A stretch of 63,933 nt of DNA, counting the filler, from Collodictyon triciliatum (lineage: Eukaryota): NCBI GenBank assembly GCA_043381765.1. It is 4 parts of 4 records of this genome, joined end to end, with 100 filler letters (N's around TTAATTAATTAA, not from the genome) between each part and the next. Parts side by side here need not be neighbours in the genome. Positions count along the whole stretch, not along the records: positions 1 to 26,182 come from JBHJMP010001024.1; positions 26,283 to 49,811 come from JBHJMP010001026.1; 2 more parts are not named here. One strand, 5' to 3'. Positions 22,401-34,369 of this stretch are shown piece after piece. Position numbers and translations under genes: made by a program. Positions within the stretch are counted from its first letter, which is position 1. Each line of letters starts with the position of its first letter. The notes beneath the pieces are model-generated. The model had not been told where the DNA came from and searched no databases. It worked only from the letters and a program-made list of their open reading frames with translations.

Positions 22401-25261
22401 TTTCACTAATTCAATGAATTAGGAACAATTCCAAACTTTTCGCACACAAAAAAATTGGAATTCTTCTCTGCTTACGGAAATGAAATAGAGGGACATGTTC
22501 CCAGCTTTGAAAACTGCATAAATTTGAGGGAAATAGTATTATTCAGAAATAAATTGGATGGTACATTACCCTCTTTCAAACTTTTAAATATTACGCGAAT
22601 CGATATTAGTGAGAATTTAATATCTGGATTTATCCCGAATGATTGGGATATTCCATCAATAAAGTATATTGACCTTTCTTGGAACAAAATAAATGGTGTA
22701 ATACCAGGTTATTTTCAAGATTTGCAGTTACTAAAAACACTTGCTCTGTCTCATAATCGATTGCATGGAACTTTACCAGCCAGATTTTGGAATCTACCAA
22801 ATTTGGTCACCATCGATTTAAGCAATAATTCTTTTTCAGAAGATATTGGCATGTTTATCGCACCAGCCTATGATGAGGGAGCCTATATTTACCATTATGA
22901 AAACCTTATCCTTGACAATAATCAGCTATTTGGAGCGATCAATTGGAGGATTTATAACTCTGCTATTAACATCAAATCTTTAAGTGTAAGAGAAAATAAT
23001 ATTACAAAAATTGAAGAGCTCACAGGCTTATTAAAGTGGTCTACCTTTGATCTAACTGGAAATCCGATTACGGGAAGCATACCGGAATCATACAGCGGGT
23101 TTTCAAAGATGGAGTATTTGGGATTGAGTAATACTTTCTTGAATCATGGAAAATCAAATTTTCTCCCTAATTTCATGACTTACACAACACCTTTCAATTT
23201 GAAGGATGAATCAAGACGCTACTTGTGTCCATCAGTGGTTTTTGAATCTAATTTTATCGTTATGAAGGTTGATTTAAATCCGAGTTACTACAACTATGAG
23301 TTTTGCAAATGTTTGCCTGGATATTTTGGCTTTGGAGATAATTGTATTCAATGTCCGAGGGAATGTGATTGTCTAGATGGAGTATCACTATCTCTTTGTC
23401 GAGGTTCACCCAACGTGCACTCCATCAAATCGATTGTCCCTTGTCCAAGACCAGAATCATGCAGCACTTTAATTCCGTATAAACCTTCAAATTCAAGTAT
23501 GAAAGTACAAATAAATCATTTGTGTGATGAAGGATACGAAGGTCGAGTGTGTTCGAAATGCAAAGAGGATTACGGAAGCCGAGGTAGGTCATGTGTCAAA
23601 TGCGAAAAAGGGATTATATATTCCACTTTGATTCTCGGATCCTTCGGAATTTTCTTATTCCTCTGCTATCTGTATTTTTCAGACATATCAGCCTCAGGTA
23701 AATTAGATCGATAATTTATTTAGCAAAAAAAAAAAATAATCATTTTTGTAACGCTTATTTTTCAAACCGAAGTACTAATGATTTTGAACAGCAAAACTCA
23801 GAATTATTATGTTTCACATGCAAACACTCTCAATAATATCACCAGGATTTACTATATCAAATGAAGCTGATAGTTTCATTCACATATCTTCATCAATTGG
23901 TTCGGTTCAATTTCCAACCCTTTCATGTTTACTTGGAGAAGAAAATGAACTGCTTTATTTACTTTTCAGCTTTATGAGAGTGCCTTTCATTTTAATTGTT
24001 GGCTTGTTGACATATTATTTTGGGTACGGCCATATGCGAAACAAGGTAAAATCGAACCGATTAATAGTTGTATTTAATCCAATTCCATTCTTATCTTTCA
24101 TTTAAGTTTATCCAAATAATTCAATTTTTACAGGCTGTATTCATCACTTTGAATCTTCTTTACTTGATATACTACTCGATTTCAAGAGAAATTTTTGGCA
24201 TTTTTGGGTGTACAGTCTATGACAGTGGAGAGGACAAGTGGTATCTAAATTACAAACCCTGGGTTGAATGCCACCCGGCTTCAGTTGAATACAAGGAGCT
24301 ACTCACGACATCTGTCCCAATTTTTGTTTTGTATTTAGTTGGATTGCCCTTCTTTTCATGGTGGAAAGTCAATACCATGTTCGAGAGGCCAGGGTATGAG
24401 CCTGAAGCCCGATATGGATTCCTGTATTTACCTTACAAAGAGGTAATTTTTTATTAGATTTTCAATTTTTCTTTTCTTTTCTTTTTTATTTTATTTTATT
24501 TTATTTTATTTTATTTTATTTTATTTTATTTTATTTTATTTTATTTTATTTTATTTTATTTTATTTTATTTTATTTTATTTTATTTTATTTTATTTTATT
24601 TTATTTTATTTTATTTTATTTTATTTTATTTTATTTTATTTATCTCTGCTTCAAGAAAATAAAAACTTTCGATGGCTAGCGAACCAAAGCCAACATCTCC
24701 ACCATCCTGCACAAAATTGAAAGAATAAAAAAAAAAAGAAAATAAAAACTTTCATGCATAGAGTTTCAAGTACTGGGAATTTGTCACGATGACACGTCGC
24801 GTGGCCTTCTCATTTATTCTGAGTGTGATTCCATATAATTTGCCATCCGTATTCTTTTTGCTTCTGGTAATCGTAATTCAGGTCTGGTTTGATCATATTT
24901 CCATATTTCGATGTGAAGTTTGCACTTTCTGTTCGCTCTCTAAATTGGCATGACTGTGCAACAGGGCTCAATATGGATGCAAAAAAAATATGAGCCCTAC
25001 AAATCAAAGATCGAAAATCAAATGGAACTATCCAGTTTGCATATAATTCTTGTGTCGTTTTTTCTCTCACTTTTGTCAGCGCTCTTTGGGTCACAATGGT
25101 GGATTGGCTTTACACTGATTGGGATGAATTTAGTCTGGCTTCTTTATTATTCAACCATTGGTTTCTTCATTCCTCTTTACCGAAGTGGTTTCATCAAAAA
25201 GAAATTCATCAAGATGAAAAATTTCAAAAAGTCGTCCCTTACCGACCCACTGACAGATTGA
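19449..25261 (+). CDS. Signal peptide + LRR N-cap + ~20+ LRRs + Cys-rich region + multi-pass (~7TM) membrane receptor-like protein
   Basis: Exon 1 (19449-19510) MVISLVIILMVSSTSA; exon 2 LRR cap (WFNKNGW..LCDWYGIKC); exon 3 20159-20498; 14 exons of 69 nt (20573-22368); long exon 22423-23697 with LRRs and CKCLPGYFG/CDEGYEGRVCSKC; TM exons 23792-24045, 24134-24442, 24762-~24881 (YWEFVTMTRR) and 24965-25261. Confidence 0.9.
24481..24641. repeat. (TTTTA)n intronic microsatellite
   Basis: Direct reading. Confidence 0.95.
24671..24735 (+). mobile_element. 65-nt 3'-end LINE insertion with poly(A) and 18-bp target-site duplication
   Basis: GATGGCTAGCGAACCAAAGCC...CCTGCACAAAATTGAAAGAAT(A)n matches the reverse complement of ~17965-18024. 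Flanked by AAGAAAATAAAAACTTTC at 24653-24670 and 24736-24753. Confidence 0.85.
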
Positions 25262-25451
25262 TGCACAAAACCTCTTGAAGTGAAATAAAGAACAAGCAGT
25301 TTTTCAGCATTAGACTCTTTCCTCAGATATACTCTTTCACACATGTAAATGTTATCACCAAATGTTTTCTCTTGATTATTAATATTTAAATGTTGGCTGG
25401 CGGATGCAAAATTTTCAATAGTAGCCACTAACTATTCCAAATACTATTCGC

Positions 25452-26182
25452 GAGCATTTTTTTTGCCGTCCTTTGAAGTCTTGTCATCTGGACAGCACAG
25501 AACAAAAATACTTCTTGGCGATGGCGAAGAAGGACTGCGTCTGATAGAAAACGAAAGACTGGACGAATCGAAGGCTTTGCAAGTTGCAACCAGCTCCCCT
25601 GTTTCCAATGCTGGTGCGGAAAACCCCGAGTTTCACGTAAGTCTAGGAAGACCCGTGCAAGGAAGCCGCCTGCAAGTCTGTCTGATCGGACTGTATTTTT
25701 GCACGGGGTCGAGCAAGTCGTTTACAACAAGAACAAGGCCCGCAGGCTAACAGATGCGCTCGCCTCCTTCTTGAAAGCAAACAAACTTTGGGAAGAGTCC
25801 GTTCCAATTGCGCTTACCAGACAGCGAAAGCCTTTGCCTGATCGCCTTCCGCACTGCAGAAAACGCCCGAAAGTTTCTGGAACTGAAGCAGGTAAGTTTG
25901 ATCGATATTACAAGCAGCTTCAGCAGAAGCAAACCAACAGAGACCTCGGTGATGCTCTACCAATTACCGCTGGACGTGTGGCCGCAAATCCTTCGTGAGG
26001 AGCTGAAGCCGTTCAGACCGACCCACGTAGAGATCAAAAAGGACAAAGGCTTCTTCACAGACACAACCGTGGTGAAGCTTCTTTGTCACAAGAACCAGCT
26101 CCCTGCAAAGTTTACGGTCATGGGCAAAAAGTGTCCAAAGCGCATCCTCAAAGAGCGTCCGCCAGCCGCGAACAACGAACGA
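25452..26182 (+). mobile_element. 5' part of an L1/Tx1-like LINE: frameshifted ORF1 (RRM-type), cut by the contig end
   Basis: Intronless GC-richer block reading DRTVFLHGV..LASFLKANKLWEESV / RLPDSESLCLIAFRTAENARKFL..VMLYQLPLDVWPQILREELKPF..LPAKFTVMGK, the pattern of L1/Tx1 ORF1p RRM regions. Frameshift near 25805. Confidence 0.6.
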
Positions 26183-26282
26183 NNNNNNNNNNNNNNNNNN
26201 NNNNNNNNNNNNNNNNNNNNNNNNNNTTAATTAATTAANNNNNNNNNNNNNNNNNNNNNNNNNNNNNNNNNNNNNNNNNNNN
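26183..26282. other. Artificial contig-join spacer (N44-TTAATTAATTAA-N44)
   Basis: 100-bp spacer with a six-frame stop linker; identical at three positions. Confidence 0.95.
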
Positions 26283-26323
26283 TTTTTGTTTTTTGTTTTG
26301 TTGTTTTTTTCTTGTTTTTAAAA

Positions 26324-26357
<34 letters not shown>

Positions 26358-26506
26358 AAAACATCGGAATAGGCTGCTCTTGTAACAAGAATATTTCTTT
26401 TTGTGTTCTATTTTGCCGGTTTCCTTTATTTCGATTAAATGCCCACACAAAATAATAAGTATGTAACCAAAATCCAAACTGCGAATCAATTGGTATGGAA
26501 TTATAC

Positions 26507-29500
26507 CCATAATACGAATCGAGTCATCAACATTTCGGGAGAGAAATAGAGAACGCAGGTACGACGAGTCATCCGGATTGTGCAAAATCGGCCCAAGCAA
26601 GGAGCCTCTGCGAAGGTTATACATCCTGATCACCACATGTATTGTTCAAGTGAATTAGACATAATCGAAAATATATGCTTAGACTGAAAGACTGTTTCAG
26701 AACCTGATGATATGAAAGTTTTTTTTTGTAAAAAAAATAAATAATAATAATCATCATTCCTTGGTTTCATTAGAGTTTATAATGACAAATAAAATGATGG
26801 AAAAAGCTTCACCGCCTCTGGAGTGGTTGCAGGTGTTCTGGTATGACAAAAGTTCGACCTCGAGTTTGAGAATTATATCGCAGACAAAAAGTCACCATCG
26901 AATCATCCCTAAATTTCATTCAATAGCGATCAAATAAATTAATGTAAAATAAAATAAAATAAAAAGGTATTACAATTATAATAATAAAATAGCAACTATA
27001 TCGTCGTTCATTTCATAAAATTAAAAAGAAAAATATAAATGCAGCCAGCCGAAGCATGTATAACTGCACTAAATACAAATCTCTTACAAGGAGGATATTG
27101 CTTGTTTCTCAGAATATTTCATTGCTTTCAAAGCCAGATTTTTTGCCATCAAGACACTGGTGACTTCTGTATCAACTGATTGTAATACATCAGATATTAA
27201 ATCTGAAGTAAACAGTCTGTGGGTGACAACCCTACAAACTCTGCACGAAACCCGGTATTAAATTGAAATTATGAAATGACAGCAGTTAAAGTCAAGCATA
27301 TACACTTGTCGTATTTTAACAAATATATGAATATGTAATCACCTCTGATTATCGAAAGTTGTATATTTGATATTGAATTGAAAGTAAACATAGTCCGATA
27401 GGATATCTTCATCGTATTCGAAATAAATAGACAAAGATTGTCCAGGTTGTGCATCCCCGATTTTACAAACATGCTTGAAAATACCTATTTGGATTCAATT
27501 CTCAATTATCTGTACATAAATAGGAATACCTAGAAGAATGTTGCCTCAACGATATTAATGAATGATTTCTTTTTTTAAAAAAATAAAATAAAATGTGACA
27601 TAGGCTTCATATTAAATAGTTAAGGAGAAAGACTCATTTGCTTTATCTGATGCCAGTGTAATTAAAAAAAAAAGAGCAAGTGTGCTAGCGAAACCTGATT
27701 CATGCTCCTGCAAATCTTCCACGGCTTCATGAGTTGCCACAGGACCGATGATTTGAGATACCAGTATAGAGTCGGATGTGATTATTTCCAGAGACATGTC
27801 CCGACCACACGCTGATTTAATAAATATAGGATAAACACCATAGATGAGATGATATTGTCTCTGTTTAGATGAATATCAATTCGTAATTGGGTATTGGACG
27901 AAAAAAAATTATGATGTGCGAATATGTTCACCAAGGTAAAAACAAATTCAAAACATGAAAATAGGTCAGATGGAAATAAATCTGTTATTGTTAAGTTTTG
28001 AGCAACGAAGTCAGAGATATCATATGAACACGAAACGAATAAACCGTGCATCGACTCAAGGAAATCTGAAGCGTTTCTCTAAACTTTTCATCCCAACACC
28101 GACTCATAATAACATTTCCACCACAAGGAGCAGCAAGATTCTGAATAATAGGAATATTAAAAATGTTGTGCCCGCCACAAAACAAATCAATGGTGGCATT
28201 CAAAGAGGTTGCTTCCATTCCAAGGGCCTTGTAATAAGCTGTTGCTTTCTCCACAAGAAAGTTGTAATCCTGTTTTATTTTTAATATGTGCGTAAATATG
28301 TGCGAAGATGTAAAACTATCCTGTAGTTTGTATTGGAAGGGAACATACCAGCAAAAGACCCTCTTTGTTTTTTGTTTTTTTTTTATGTATATAATCGAAT
28401 CTTTCATTTCGAAAAAATATGAAGGTAATAAATATAATCTAGATAGTATACTTGATGTTCTTGGCGATCTGGGAGGCTTCCTGGACCGTAATTAGGTGAT
28501 GAATTGATGAAGACAGAAACTCGGCCTCCACATGAATACCGGCCTTTTGGATTGGAGATGCGAATGATTTCGATGGCAGTTTCGAGTGCAACTCCTAAAC
28601 ACCTAAGCTGCTTCACCTCTGGCGCGACGAGTGACCCTCGGATGACCTTTAACGATTTGATTATGTGTTCTTTTGAAGTCTGGAGATTTGCAAGATATCT
28701 TGAGCTGACATTGTCAGAAAGCAAGTGCTTCCCTTCTAGGTCAAGAGATTTAGACCCTAATAAAAAAAAATAGTCATTTTCTGAAACTGTATGCTATTAA
28801 GAAAAGATTATGTGGTAATGACTATCTGGAGCAGATTTTGAAAGTAAAAGCATATCGATTTTTTTTGTAAGACAAGAAAATGCATGTTTATTATTTTTTA
28901 TTTACCAGGAAGAATATCTGCACTGATGACGTCGCCAGACACTAGGTCGTATATAGAGACTGAGTTTGAAAATGTTACGAGGGCGATGCGTGAGTCTGGG
29001 GGAAGAGAATTGATGCTTTCGACTATGGCGTTTTTCAATAACTAAGCGAATAGAGCGACATTATTAGAGAAATGTTGGATTATGAGGATAGAAACAAAAG
29101 CAGTGAAAGTGAAAGTGTTATAAGTTCCTGACCAATTACTAAATCAAGGATTCGTGAACATTGGTAAGCATGGAAAGAATAAAGAAAATATCTTTTACAT
29201 TAACATAATACAGTAAGATATTAGTTGCATTACAATTTTCTACACGTTACCTCAAAATCTTTGCTCGGTGTGGTTATATCTAATATGAATATGTTGAGGG
29301 GTAATAGCGACGTGTAGTTTCCAGCAAGCTGTTCCAGGGTATATGGCTGATCGGTCGGGTCTTCAAACTCTACAACCTGTTACAAGTTCATTCATGTTAC
29401 CATTCATTCTGTCAATTTGAAGGTAGAATTTTATATTGAAAAACTGTTTGGGTATGAATAGAATATTAAGCCGGTATAATAGTGAATTAAATCAGAGTAT

Positions 29501-30739
29501 TCATTATTCTTGTTTCTTTGTGGATGAAAAAAAAGTTACAAGGAAGAAGATTAAAAAAACAAGGTATGGATATTTTTCACCTTCAATGTTGTTTCTGGAT
29601 AAGTTTCTGGTGACGAGTCTTCTTTTAGTCCTTGTGAAGGCTGGTTTGTTCGCCCGCAAAATGGGCATTTCCATGAGCCATCCAAGCCTACAGATTCCTT
29701 GAAGCGATTCAACACAGCAGTACAGTAATTGCAGCGAATGGGGGTTCGCAGTAATCGTGGAGGTGGGGATACTAAAGATACCAAAGGAGACAAAATGATT
29801 CCAAGTGGGAGTCGCATTCCAACATATGATGCATCTTCCTTCTGTGAAAAAAAAAATGAACCAAAAGTAAGATTAATAAGATATTCAAATGTGACAAAGT
29901 GAAAATGAGATGATATAAAGCTTTTATGAGAGTGTATGGTTGTTTTAAAATTGGTTGTCTTTATCATAGGACAAAGAAATGCAAGATGGTATTTTTTTAT
30001 TATTATTATAATGATGATGATAATAACCTTATCACTTTCTAGACACCCAATAAAGAGCAGAAAATTAATATTTAGTTGATTCTGTTTAAAATGAGCTTGC
30101 TTGTTTCGTTTTTGTAATAGAAAAAATTATATCAATGATCCATAGAGAAAGAAACTGTTCATTTAGTACTTTTATTTTCTTGTCTTTTCTTTTTTGATAA
30201 ACGAATATATAAACAACACAGGACTTTGAATCGAATAAAGGGGGAAAAAAATATAAACAACACAGGAGTAGAAGACCACCTTTTTTGCGCGGGATAGTGT
30301 ACATGCCAAAGGCAACTGGCGAATAATGCGGCCCATCCGAGGCTGTCGGAGCATATCTCCCATTTGCAGCCTGTAATTGACCAGGAGAAGATACATGAGC
30401 CTCAGGTATGACATAATGTGACTCAAAGGAGACCGCTGCAGTTGAAGCCAAGTCTCTATTCAAGCCAACATCGGCCGAGGCCGATCGATCTGTGTTTGCC
30501 AGAAGCAGCGGTCCACTTGGACCCGGAGAACTGACTCCACTTGCATCGGTTGCTGGCGACAAAGCAGAAAGTTGTCGAGAATAGGCCATGCTGATCGGAT
30601 TGACTCTGCGAGTTTCTTGCAGGGGCTGCGGAAGCGGTTGAGTCTGGGCCTTTGTATCGACTGTGGTCTCAGAGCCTTCAGAGAGAGTCGCAAAACTCGT
30701 CGCTGGGGCAAAAGATACGTCTGGTTGACCCGAATACAT
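26507..30739 (-). CDS. SEC23: Sec23-family COPII coat protein (atypical type), 3' end lost at the contig break
   Basis: Zinc finger CNYCTAVLN..WKCPFC, trunk motif RCLGVALETA and GPVATHEAVED, helical-domain MYNLRRGSLLGPILHNPDDSSYLRSLFL. Low-complexity N-terminal exon from ATG 30739. Confidence 0.8.
30224..30250 (+). mobile_element. Ultra-short poly(A)-tailed insertion, copy 1
   Basis: CTTTGAATCGAATAAAGGGGG(A)6 between perfect 17-bp direct repeats ATATAAACAACACAGGA (30207-30223, 30251-30267), inside a Sec23 intron. Confidence 0.8.
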
Positions 30740-31308
30740 CCCTTCGTGCTATGCTTTTTTCTGCGGTACGGGTTATTGGTAACACTCAAAGTGATTTGTG
30801 CAGATCGGGCTTTGCTTCTATGGTGAAAAAGAAAACAAACGAAAAGAAAAAAGAAAAGAAAAGAAAAGAAAAGAAAAGAAAAGAAAAGAAAAGAAAAGAA
30901 AAGAAAAGAAAAGAAAGGAAAAGAAAAAAGAAACACAAGCAAAACAAAACATGCAAAACAAAACGTGCATAACGAAAATCTGGCAACCAAAAATGAGGCA
31001 GAGGAAATGCAGATCACAGCGAATGGACGCACGAATCAGACGATAGACAACCCCATTTCGCGTCATGCTCTTTGCTTTCCACAGCGATAATCACCGGCCA
31101 TCACATTAACTCTGTCACAACAGATAAAGAAAAAGAGGTAAAAGAGACAAGGCAAGAAAGGAAAGGGAAAAAGGAGAGTATTCTTGCCCGAAGGGTTTTT
31201 TTTTAAAAAAAAAAAAAAAAGGATGAGAATGAGAACGTGAAAAAAGAAAAAGGGGATGTCAAAGCCAAACAGACAAAGACAGAAACAGAGACACAGCCAA
31301 GCAGCAGA

Positions 31309-32994
31309 TTACTTGGAGTGGTAGAGGAAGACAACACCAAAGACAAAGAAGCCCAGCATCATGGAGAAGTTTCCGGCATAGTACGGATAGGCGGCGACGA
31401 TGAAGCGCTCAAACTGGTCGTGGCGGAATGGGCGAACAGTCACCTGCTCTGCAAGGTCGACCCACGTGTATCCGAGGCGGTGGTGTGTGAGATGGAGCGT
31501 AAAGACTCCGTAGACATCGGGGATTTGGAAGGTCTTTGCAAAGACGCCTTGCTTGTTGTGCTCCATCCTGAGCCGGATGTATGGGTCCAGCATCACAAAC
31601 TCCATCTGCACAGAGTCAGACTCGTACGAAACCCACTCGCCGTTCACAAGCTCTTGGATATCCACACTGGCATGCTGTCGATGGGTGGATGTGTTCGTGT
31701 ATTCATAAAATGACGCATTCATGGATTCATGGATAGATGGGTTGATGGAAAGGGAAATATAAGAAAGACCGATCAGCATAAAGTGTATAAGTCTTCGTTT
31801 GTCAGCATACCAAATCCTGCTTGACGGTGTAGAGCGCAGGTGTTGTCTTGTCATCTTGGAAGTGGCGAAGGTTGGATGTTCGCAATAGACCACGGTCCTT
31901 AAAAGTCCAGTCAGCAAGTTGCAGAGCGAATTTTTTGTTTCCATACGGCTTGTCTGATTTCTTTGTGGAGACAGCATCAAAGAATCTGGAGAGAAAAGTG
32001 TTAATAACAAGGATATAAATATTTTATGTGTAAATTCTGTAAAGCCCGGTTGCTTTCCTCCCGTTCATTTTAATTTCATGTGGAGTGAAATCTATCTACT
32101 GATTTGTTTTTGTTTTTGTTTTTGTTTTTGTTTTTGTTTTTGTTTTTGTTTTTGTTTTTGTTTTTGTTTTTGTCTTATCACCCAAGTTCTGAATTCTCAA
32201 GATGGTCTAAACTAGATAAAGTAACATTACTTGTTGCTGAAAAGATCAAGAGAGCCGACTATTGAGACGCGGGCATTATTTCGTGCTTGCATCACCGAGA
32301 CCAAAGAAAGGGTTGTGCCCGCTTTGATTTTTCCAGATGGAACAGAACCCGGAGCGACAGAATAAGCTGTTTCACTGCCTTTCAACAAAGAAAATACCCA
32401 TGAGTTACGGGTGTCGATGGTGTGGCCAATGCCTTCAAATACGAGACCGTTCTCGGGAGTGTCGAAGATTATTGATTTTTCTGGGAAGTTATCGACCACG
32501 ATGGCAGTATGGTCGCCTCCATCAAGAGAATCCTCGTAGTTGAAATGGTCTGTGACGTACGAGTCAGCATCGAGGAAGCGCACGCCACAAGATTTGGTAA
32601 TGTCCCGAGTGGGCTCGGCCAGAGTCGGGCTAACTCCGACAAGAACATTACGCCCAGAGTCGATGAATTCGGTGATGGTGCTGGCAGAAACATTCCCTGA
32701 GAAGGCTATTGGTATATTGATGAGTCTTGAAAAATATTTTTTGGTTTTTTTACTTCGTATGTATTCGTTTCGTTTCTATGTTCCTGTTGTTTTATGAAAA
32801 AGAACAAACGGTTATTGATATTAGAGCTCGGATGACTTTCTATTTTAAAAAAACGAAAATATCATGGCAGATAATCATACTTGCAGCGCTTGGTGCAAAA
32901 AGCACTATGTTGTCGTAGATGTATTCGCCATACGAGACAATGTTCAATTCAGATGACTCCTCAGCAATCCAAAAGTCAAGGGTGTGGCCTTTCT
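31309..32994 (-). CDS. DDOST: Oligosaccharyltransferase 48 kDa subunit (OST48/DDOST/Wbp1); 5' exon(s) probably in the gap 33262-33788
   Basis: Diagnostic motifs QARNNARV, VQMEFVMLDPYIR, PDVYGVF, VTVRPFRHDQFERFIVAAYPYY and a C-terminal TM. Exons 32881-32994, 32231-32697, 31811-31953, 31309-31674. Confidence 0.93.
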
Positions 32995-34369
32995 CTGTTT
33001 GGTTATGTCAGAAAAAAAAAAGCTACATGTTAATATAAAAATCTATACTTGACTGCATGAGCATTTTAATTTTGCCTGTCAGTCTACGACCTCAAGAAAA
33101 GAGAATAAGTTCGAAACAAGTGTATCCATTTGAAGGAAAAGAAACGAAAAAAGGACATTTATTCATACAAAAAATGCCACTTACTGCAAACAGTATATTG
33201 CAAAGGACAAGTTTTGCGGGATCACAATAAAAAAAAAATTAAAGAGCACTGTACCTTTGAGNNNNNNNNNNNNNNNNNNNNNNNNNNNNNNNNNNNNNNN
33301 NNNNNNNNNNNNNNNNNNNNNNNNNNNNNNNNNNNNNNNNNNNNNNNNNNNNNNNNNNNNNNNNNNNNNNNNNNNNNNNNNNNNNNNNNNNNNNNNNNNN
33401 NNNNNNNNNNNNNNNNNNNNNNNNNNNNNNNNNNNNNNNNNNNNNNNNNNNNNNNNNNNNNNNNNNNNNNNNNNNNNNNNNNNNNNNNNNNNNNNNNNNN
33501 NNNNNNNNNNNNNNNNNNNNNNNNNNNNNNNNNNNNNNNNNNNNNNNNNNNNNNNNNNNNNNNNNNNNNNNNNNNNNNNNNNNNNNNNNNNNNNNNNNNN
33601 NNNNNNNNNNNNNNNNNNNNNNNNNNNNNNNNNNNNNNNNNNNNNNNNNNNNNNNNNNNNNNNNNNNNNNNNNNNNNNNNNNNNNNNNNNNNNNNNNNNN
33701 NNNNNNNNNNNNNNNNNNNNNNNNNNNNNNNNNNNNNNNNNNNNNNNNNNNNNNNNNNNNNNNNNNNNNNNNNNNNNNNNNNNNNNNAAATTGGTGTTTG
33801 TTGCGCGTTCGTAAATAACTTCGTAATGAATTTGCCTTTCGGGAGTTTTCTTCTTTTTTTCAATGGAAACAGTCATTACTGGAATACCCTATTTGCCTGA
33901 ATTTCATTGAATCCTTTTGGATGATCGAAATAAAGTTGGCCAAACGCAAACCTCCGTAAATCAGGTCTCTTGAAGGGCAACCAGCAAGCAACCAACACAC
34001 AGCCACTGCGCCTCACACAAAACCCGGAGGTTGATCACCAAGGAGTCAAAGCAACCAGCCAAAGAGTGCAGTACCGAAAAAAACAGTCAGAAATCAGAGC
34101 TCCTAAGAAGTTGACTAAAAGGAAATAAAGGCATTTGCGATGATGTATTCCATCTTGGTTTTTTAACTGTCTTGTCCAGTTTTTTTTTTTTTTATTCTTT
34201 CCTTTTAGCGTTCTCTTTGTTTTCTTTTCTCTTAAACTTTGCATATTTTTTTCTATCTTCTCAGCCTAGTGAGTATTTCCTTTACATTTCTGAAAAGTGT
34301 AAACTCATCTAAACTTTCCACTCCGAAGAGAAGCAAAAAGAAAAGAAGAGACCTCCGACTTGCCACGTC

